Source: a bacterium (GTDB lineage: Bacteria > Bacteroidota > Ignavibacteria > UBA10030). From it: a stretch of 64,000 bases of DNA. Each line of letters begins with the position of its first letter. The stretch's first letter is position 1. The notes under the pieces are model-generated. The model saw only the letters and a program-made list of their open reading frames with translations. It searched no databases and was not told where the DNA came from. Made by a program: the position numbers and the translations under genes. Positions 60,362-64,000 of the stretch are shown piece after piece. The stretch covers positions 33,506-97,505 of the forward strand of contig JAZDJN010000064.1 of the NCBI GenBank assembly GCA_043803945.1, written 5' to 3'.

Positions 60362-60386
60362 AAATCCTTAAAGGTCGGGAGCGGAC

Positions 60387-60580
60387 TTGTCCGCCGTCTT
60401 TCGCGCCTTTTGCGTCCGCTATTTTTTTGGCGGATTGGCGGAGATCCTCGCCAGAGGCGAGTCTATCGACCTCCCAGCGTTTGGGTTCATCCAGACCTTC
60501 CGAAGGTTATACAGAGGTCTCATAGAGCCTTCGGAAGGTTCAAGTATTCAGATCTAACCGTTCGCGAAAAACAGGGTCTT
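60387..60580. repeat. 194-bp composite palindromic element preceding ECF cassette 2
   Basis: Direct repeat of 57081-57274. Confidence 0.9.
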
Positions 60581-60603
60581 TGTGTAGCAAACGGATGCAG
60601 ATA

Positions 60604-60653
60604 GGAAGTCCGTCTTTTCCTACCGGTGGACCTGTGTAAAAAGACGGACTTCT
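60604..60653. repeat. Palindromic repeat family A, copy 3
   Basis: GGAAGTCCGTCTTTT...AAAAGACGGACTTCT. Confidence 0.75.
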
Positions 60654-60731
60654 CCTTTTCCGCAATAACTTTTTGCTTCTTTGTGACTCTTACTACAAAT
60701 TGCAGTAACACCCCACGAGAAGGATGGTATC

Positions 60732-61268
60732 TTGGAGTCGCTCACAGATGAACAATTGGTCCGGAATCTGCAATGCGGCGTCGATGAGGCCTTTGAAGAG
60801 CTTTACAATCGGTACAAAAGAAGCATCTATGGGTTTTGCCTGAAGCTTACCGCAAACCGCCCCCTGGCAGAGGATGCCGTGCAGGATACGTTCCTCCAGA
60901 TGTATCAGAATGTTGCCGGATTGAACGATCCCTCTCTCTTCCGGTCGTGGCTCTATACAATTGCACGGAACAGAGTGTACCGGCTCATTAGGAAGAATAA
61001 GAGCAACGGCAAAATTGAAGGCGAAAAGATTTGGGAAGAAGAGACACCGGCGAAGATACTTGAAACATGCGAGGAACACCTTGCCCTTTCCCAATGCCTG
61101 GATGCTCTGAAACCGGAGTATCGCGAGGTGCTGCAGCTGCGGGAATATGAGGATCTTTCCTATACCGAAATCGCTTCGGTGATCGGTGAAAAAGAAAATA
61201 TTGTGAAGGCACGATTGTTTAAGGCCCGGCGTGCCCTGGCAGAACGAATGAGAAAATACTTTCAATAA
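60732..61268 (+). CDS. ECF RNA polymerase sigma factor (cassette 2)
   Basis: TTG start; AFEELYNRY, AEDAVQDTF, FRSWLYTIARN, LSYTEIA, VKARLFKAR. Confidence 0.95.
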   Translation: MESLTDEQLVRNLQCGVDEAFEELYNRYKRSIYGFCLKLTANRPLAEDAVQDTFLQMYQNVAGLNDPSLFRSWLYTIARNRVYRLIRKNKSNGKIEGEKIWEEETPAKILETCEEHLALSQCLDALKPEYREVLQLREYEDLSYTEIASVIGEKENIVKARLFKARRALAERMRKYFQ

Positions 61269-61272
61269 GCGA

Positions 61273-61318
61273 GACCTTCCGAAGGTTCACATGGTTTCTG
61301 TGCGACCTTCGGAAGGTT
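61273..61318. repeat. ACCTTCCGAAGGT / ACCTTCGGAAGGT REP doublet between sigma and anti-sigma of cassette 2
   Basis: Inverted pair, absent at the equivalent position in cassette 1. Confidence 0.75.
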
Positions 61319-61332
61319 CCAGGAGGAATACC

Positions 61333-61770
61333 TTGAACCACGAACACTATCAAGAACTTGTCAGCCTGTATTTCGACAATGCATTGAACGATACGGAATG
61401 TGCAGAGCTCTTTGCCCACCTCAGCCGTTGTGCGGAGTGCCGTTCATTGCTGCGCACAACTGGAAATATCCGGACATTGATGAAAGAGGATCTGCTGCCG
61501 GACACCTCTGCGTCTCTTGACCGCAAAGTGCTCGGCGAATATCGCCAGCTTACCCGTGCAAAAAAGAAAGAGCCGTTGCTGCCGACGCTTTGGTTTACGC
61601 GGATTTCAATTCCTCTGCCTGCAGCGGCATCTATTGTGTTCCTGCTCATTTTTACGACACTGCTGATCTCGCCGGTCTTGTTTCTAAACGAACCCAAAAG
61701 CACTGCCCGGGTCGAGACAATCCGCCCTCTTCCGCCACAGGTTCAAGACCAATTACGCATGATGCAATAG
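61333..61770 (+). CDS. zf-HC2 zinc-binding anti-sigma factor (cassette 2)
   Basis: RBS AGGAGG + TTG; LVSLYFDNAL...HLSRCAECR, SLDRKV, one TM. Confidence 0.88.
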   Translation: MNHEHYQELVSLYFDNALNDTECAELFAHLSRCAECRSLLRTTGNIRTLMKEDLLPDTSASLDRKVLGEYRQLTRAKKKEPLLPTLWFTRISIPLPAAASIVFLLIFTTLLISPVLFLNEPKSTARVETIRPLPPQVQDQLRMMQ

Positions 61771-61780
61771 AGGAAATTCC

Positions 61781-62422
61781 ATGGAAAAGACAACCATAAT
61801 GATTGAAATCAAACAGGAAGTATCCGTCACACTCCTCTGGCTTGTTGCCGGCGTTGTGATCGTCACGGTCGCATACTTCCTGCCGGGATTTTCTACCGAG
61901 TTCTGGCCATCGCTCCATTCTGCTGGTGCAGCAGCCTTCATCTATCTGTTTGCGCTGCTGATGTATACTACACGGAAACCTCTGGAGAGGAAGTGGAAAA
62001 TAGTCGTGTGGTCGGTTGCTCTGTTCGCTCTTGGTACTTCGGCATACCAATCATTTCAATTTGAAAATCAGGCAATGTCGACCCGAAGAAATCTTTTTGA
62101 AATACGTGACATCATTTATAAGGGCGTTCCGATTTCTCTTATCCCTCCTCCACTCTTCAAAACTCTCGGGGCCTATCATCAGCAACGGAGTCCAAAGAAG
62201 GAAAATCTTAAAGAGATTTTCCTACGATTCAATCCGGGTGCAGTTGTCGGCGCCAATATTCATGAGCCAGATTGGGATAGTGATCCTCAAGTTATTCTCG
62301 TACAGGTTCTTGAGAATAACCGTATTGAACTCGCCGGTGGCGTAGCAATGCCAGGCAAGATTCAGTTATATGAACATTTTACGCTCACCGAGAAAGGTCT
62401 TACCCATGACACAATTGAATAA
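61781..62422 (+). CDS. Hypothetical 3-TM protein (cassette 2 gene C)
   Basis: Paralog of 58414..59091. Confidence 0.8.
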   Translation: MEKTTIMIEIKQEVSVTLLWLVAGVVIVTVAYFLPGFSTEFWPSLHSAGAAAFIYLFALLMYTTRKPLERKWKIVVWSVALFALGTSAYQSFQFENQAMSTRRNLFEIRDIIYKGVPISLIPPPLFKTLGAYHQQRSPKKENLKEIFLRFNPGAVVGANIHEPDWDSDPQVILVQVLENNRIELAGGVAMPGKIQLYEHFTLTEKGLTHDTIE

Positions 62423-63191
62423 CACAGAGCTACTATCACCCGGGTATACTCGCGGCTATGTCTGGGGAATATTTTCCCTCGCACTTACGGCATTGGTTAT
62501 TCTCTTCTTTTTACCTGATAGATTCATCATAAAGCAAGATATTTTGGGTGAATCTCCAATCTCTGTGAATCTCTTTTTTGCACCCTGGGTACTTGCTACT
62601 GGACGAACCATTTCGAATAGCCTGTCCGAATGGAGTTTCCGATACCCATCTGACTCACTCCTGTTAAGAATTCTGCTCTTGTATGCCATTCTGTTGATAT
62701 TTGTTGTGCTCCCAACGTTCTTTCTCCTTGCTTGGCGTCAAAGAAGGATTAATCAGAACGACATAAAACAAGGATTAAGCCTTTCTGGAGCAGGGTATGT
62801 CTATTCCACTGTATTGCTTGGTTTTTTCATCCTTGGACTTATCCCAACAACCATTCATCATGAAATAACTAGAAAATCACTCCAATCGGCACAGACTGTT
62901 CAACGGAATCGAGATTACATTATCAATGAAATATGTATTAAGACACTTGATGTCTACCAATATCGCCTTTTACCAAAATCACTGGGAGGCGGCGAGGGAA
63001 GTTATATTGGATACCTCTTTCCCGCTAAAGAATCGAAATCCCAATATGCTTCTTACTCCGTCAAGGTGGTTAATGCAAACGAAGTTCAGATGACAGCACA
63101 ATCTCTTGCCTATTCGAATGCAAGCGTTGGACTCACAATCGACATCACAGGGCAGATGAAACAATGGAATTACACCGGCGAATATCAATAA
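62406..63191 (+). CDS. Hypothetical multi-TM protein with pilin-like C-terminal domain (cassette 2 gene D)
   Basis: Paralog of 59075..59878; NRDYIINEI...YQYRLLPKSLGGGEGSYIGY. Confidence 0.8.
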   Translation: MTQLNNTELLSPGYTRGYVWGIFSLALTALVILFFLPDRFIIKQDILGESPISVNLFFAPWVLATGRTISNSLSEWSFRYPSDSLLLRILLLYAILLIFVVLPTFFLLAWRQRRINQNDIKQGLSLSGAGYVYSTVLLGFFILGLIPTTIHHEITRKSLQSAQTVQRNRDYIINEICIKTLDVYQYRLLPKSLGGGEGSYIGYLFPAKESKSQYASYSVKVVNANEVQMTAQSLAYSNASVGLTIDITGQMKQWNYTGEYQ

Positions 63192-63230
63192 CGCGAGGGT
63201 GGTGAGACACCATCGAAAGGAACAGAGTAT

Positions 63231-63728
63231 ATGAAGAGCATGGTTCAATCAATCAAACAAATCAATGTAGATGGCCGGTGGATTATCATTATCTACTCAT
63301 ATTTTATCCTGTTTCATCTTTTTCCCACGTTTATCGTCGGCGTCAATCCGGGACGATTGGCTTATACGTTCATGCGGGCGTACCAACTTGGAGGATCCAT
63401 AGGATTAATACCTGCACTCATGTTCTTAATCATCTGTGCAATGATTGTGTACAGATTTAATAGGGGATTGATTGCCGAAATCTTTGCTGCGTCACTGCTT
63501 TATGCGATTACCCTCATTGTCTTTGCGGTAAAGCATGGTGTGATTAGCTTTGATAAGGTTCAGTACTCAATAAGGCTGACAATTCAAAAAGGTGCATTTG
63601 TCTTCAGCGTTATGACCGCGGTTGTCATGATCCTTGCTCTAGTCGGTATTCTCATTGGCTACTGGCTGAAGCTGAGGAAAGAACGCCGAACATTCAGACC
63701 TTCCGAAGGTTATACCGAGAGCCCATAG
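63231..63728 (+). CDS. Hypothetical 4-TM protein (cassette 2 gene E)
   Basis: Distant paralog of 59924..60361; last residues and stop come from the first repeat unit. Confidence 0.75.
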   Translation: MKSMVQSIKQINVDGRWIIIIYSYFILFHLFPTFIVGVNPGRLAYTFMRAYQLGGSIGLIPALMFLIICAMIVYRFNRGLIAEIFAASLLYAITLIVFAVKHGVISFDKVQYSIRLTIQKGAFVFSVMTAVVMILALVGILIGYWLKLRKERRTFRPSEGYTESP

Positions 63729-64000
63729 AGCCTTCGGAAGGTTACGCAGGTTCATTCAGACCTTCCGAAGGTTATACCGAGAGCCCATAGAGCCTTCGGA
63801 AGGTTGCGCAGGTTCATTCAGACCTTCCGAAGGTTATACAGAGGTCTCATAGAGCCTTCGGAAGGTTGCGCAGGTTCATTCAGACCTTCCGAAGGTTATA
63901 CCGAGAGCCCATAGAGCCTTCGGAAGGTTGCGCAGGTTCATTCAGACCTTCCGAAGGTTATACCGAGCGCCCATAGAGCCTTCGGAAGGTTGCGCAGGTT
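63691..64000. repeat. 62-bp tandem array of REP doublets (BIME-like), five units, truncated by window end
   Basis: Unit CATTCAGACCTTCCGAAGGTTATACCGAGAGCCCATAGAGCCTTCGGAAGGTTGCGCAGGTT starting at 63691, 63753, 63815, 63877, 63939. Confidence 0.95.

Noticed and set aside
63691-64000. Possible CRISPR array
   Set aside because: The sequences between palindromes are near-identical fixed linkers, not unique spacers, and no cas genes are in the window

Overview
Bacterial chromosomal window, most likely from an Ignavibacteria/Bacteroidota-type organism (a Por/T9SS C-terminal sorting domain is present, plus Bacteroidota-style gene clusters). Contents in order: a 5'-truncated AddA/AddB helicase-nuclease pair; a Cus-type Cu/Ag RND efflux operon (HYC_CC_PP leader gene, TolC, CusB with a fused cupredoxin, CusA, pseudogenised HMBD protein); a convergent ZIP transporter with an inserted cyclic-nucleotide-binding domain; nfo; many secreted hydrolases (six-hairpin glycosidase, Zn-PLC/P1-like, PLD, two serine beta-lactamase-like proteins, PHP, GH172, GH78, purple acid phosphatase); and a sigma-54 two-component system divergent from a MacAB-like exporter, with visible enhancer boxes and a -24/-12 promoter. 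There is also a candidate ~180-nt structured ncRNA and at least six families of intergenic palindromic (REP-like) repeats. The most striking feature is at the right end: two tandem, diverged copies of a five-gene cassette (ECF sigma, zf-HC2 anti-sigma, three uncharacterised membrane proteins, two with possible pilin-like exported domains). Each copy is preceded by a 194-bp composite palindromic element far more conserved than the genes, and the second copy is followed by a 62-bp tandem REP array that runs off the window. No CRISPR array, tRNA, rRNA or intact transposase was recognised. All family calls come from motif recognition by eye, not database searches.
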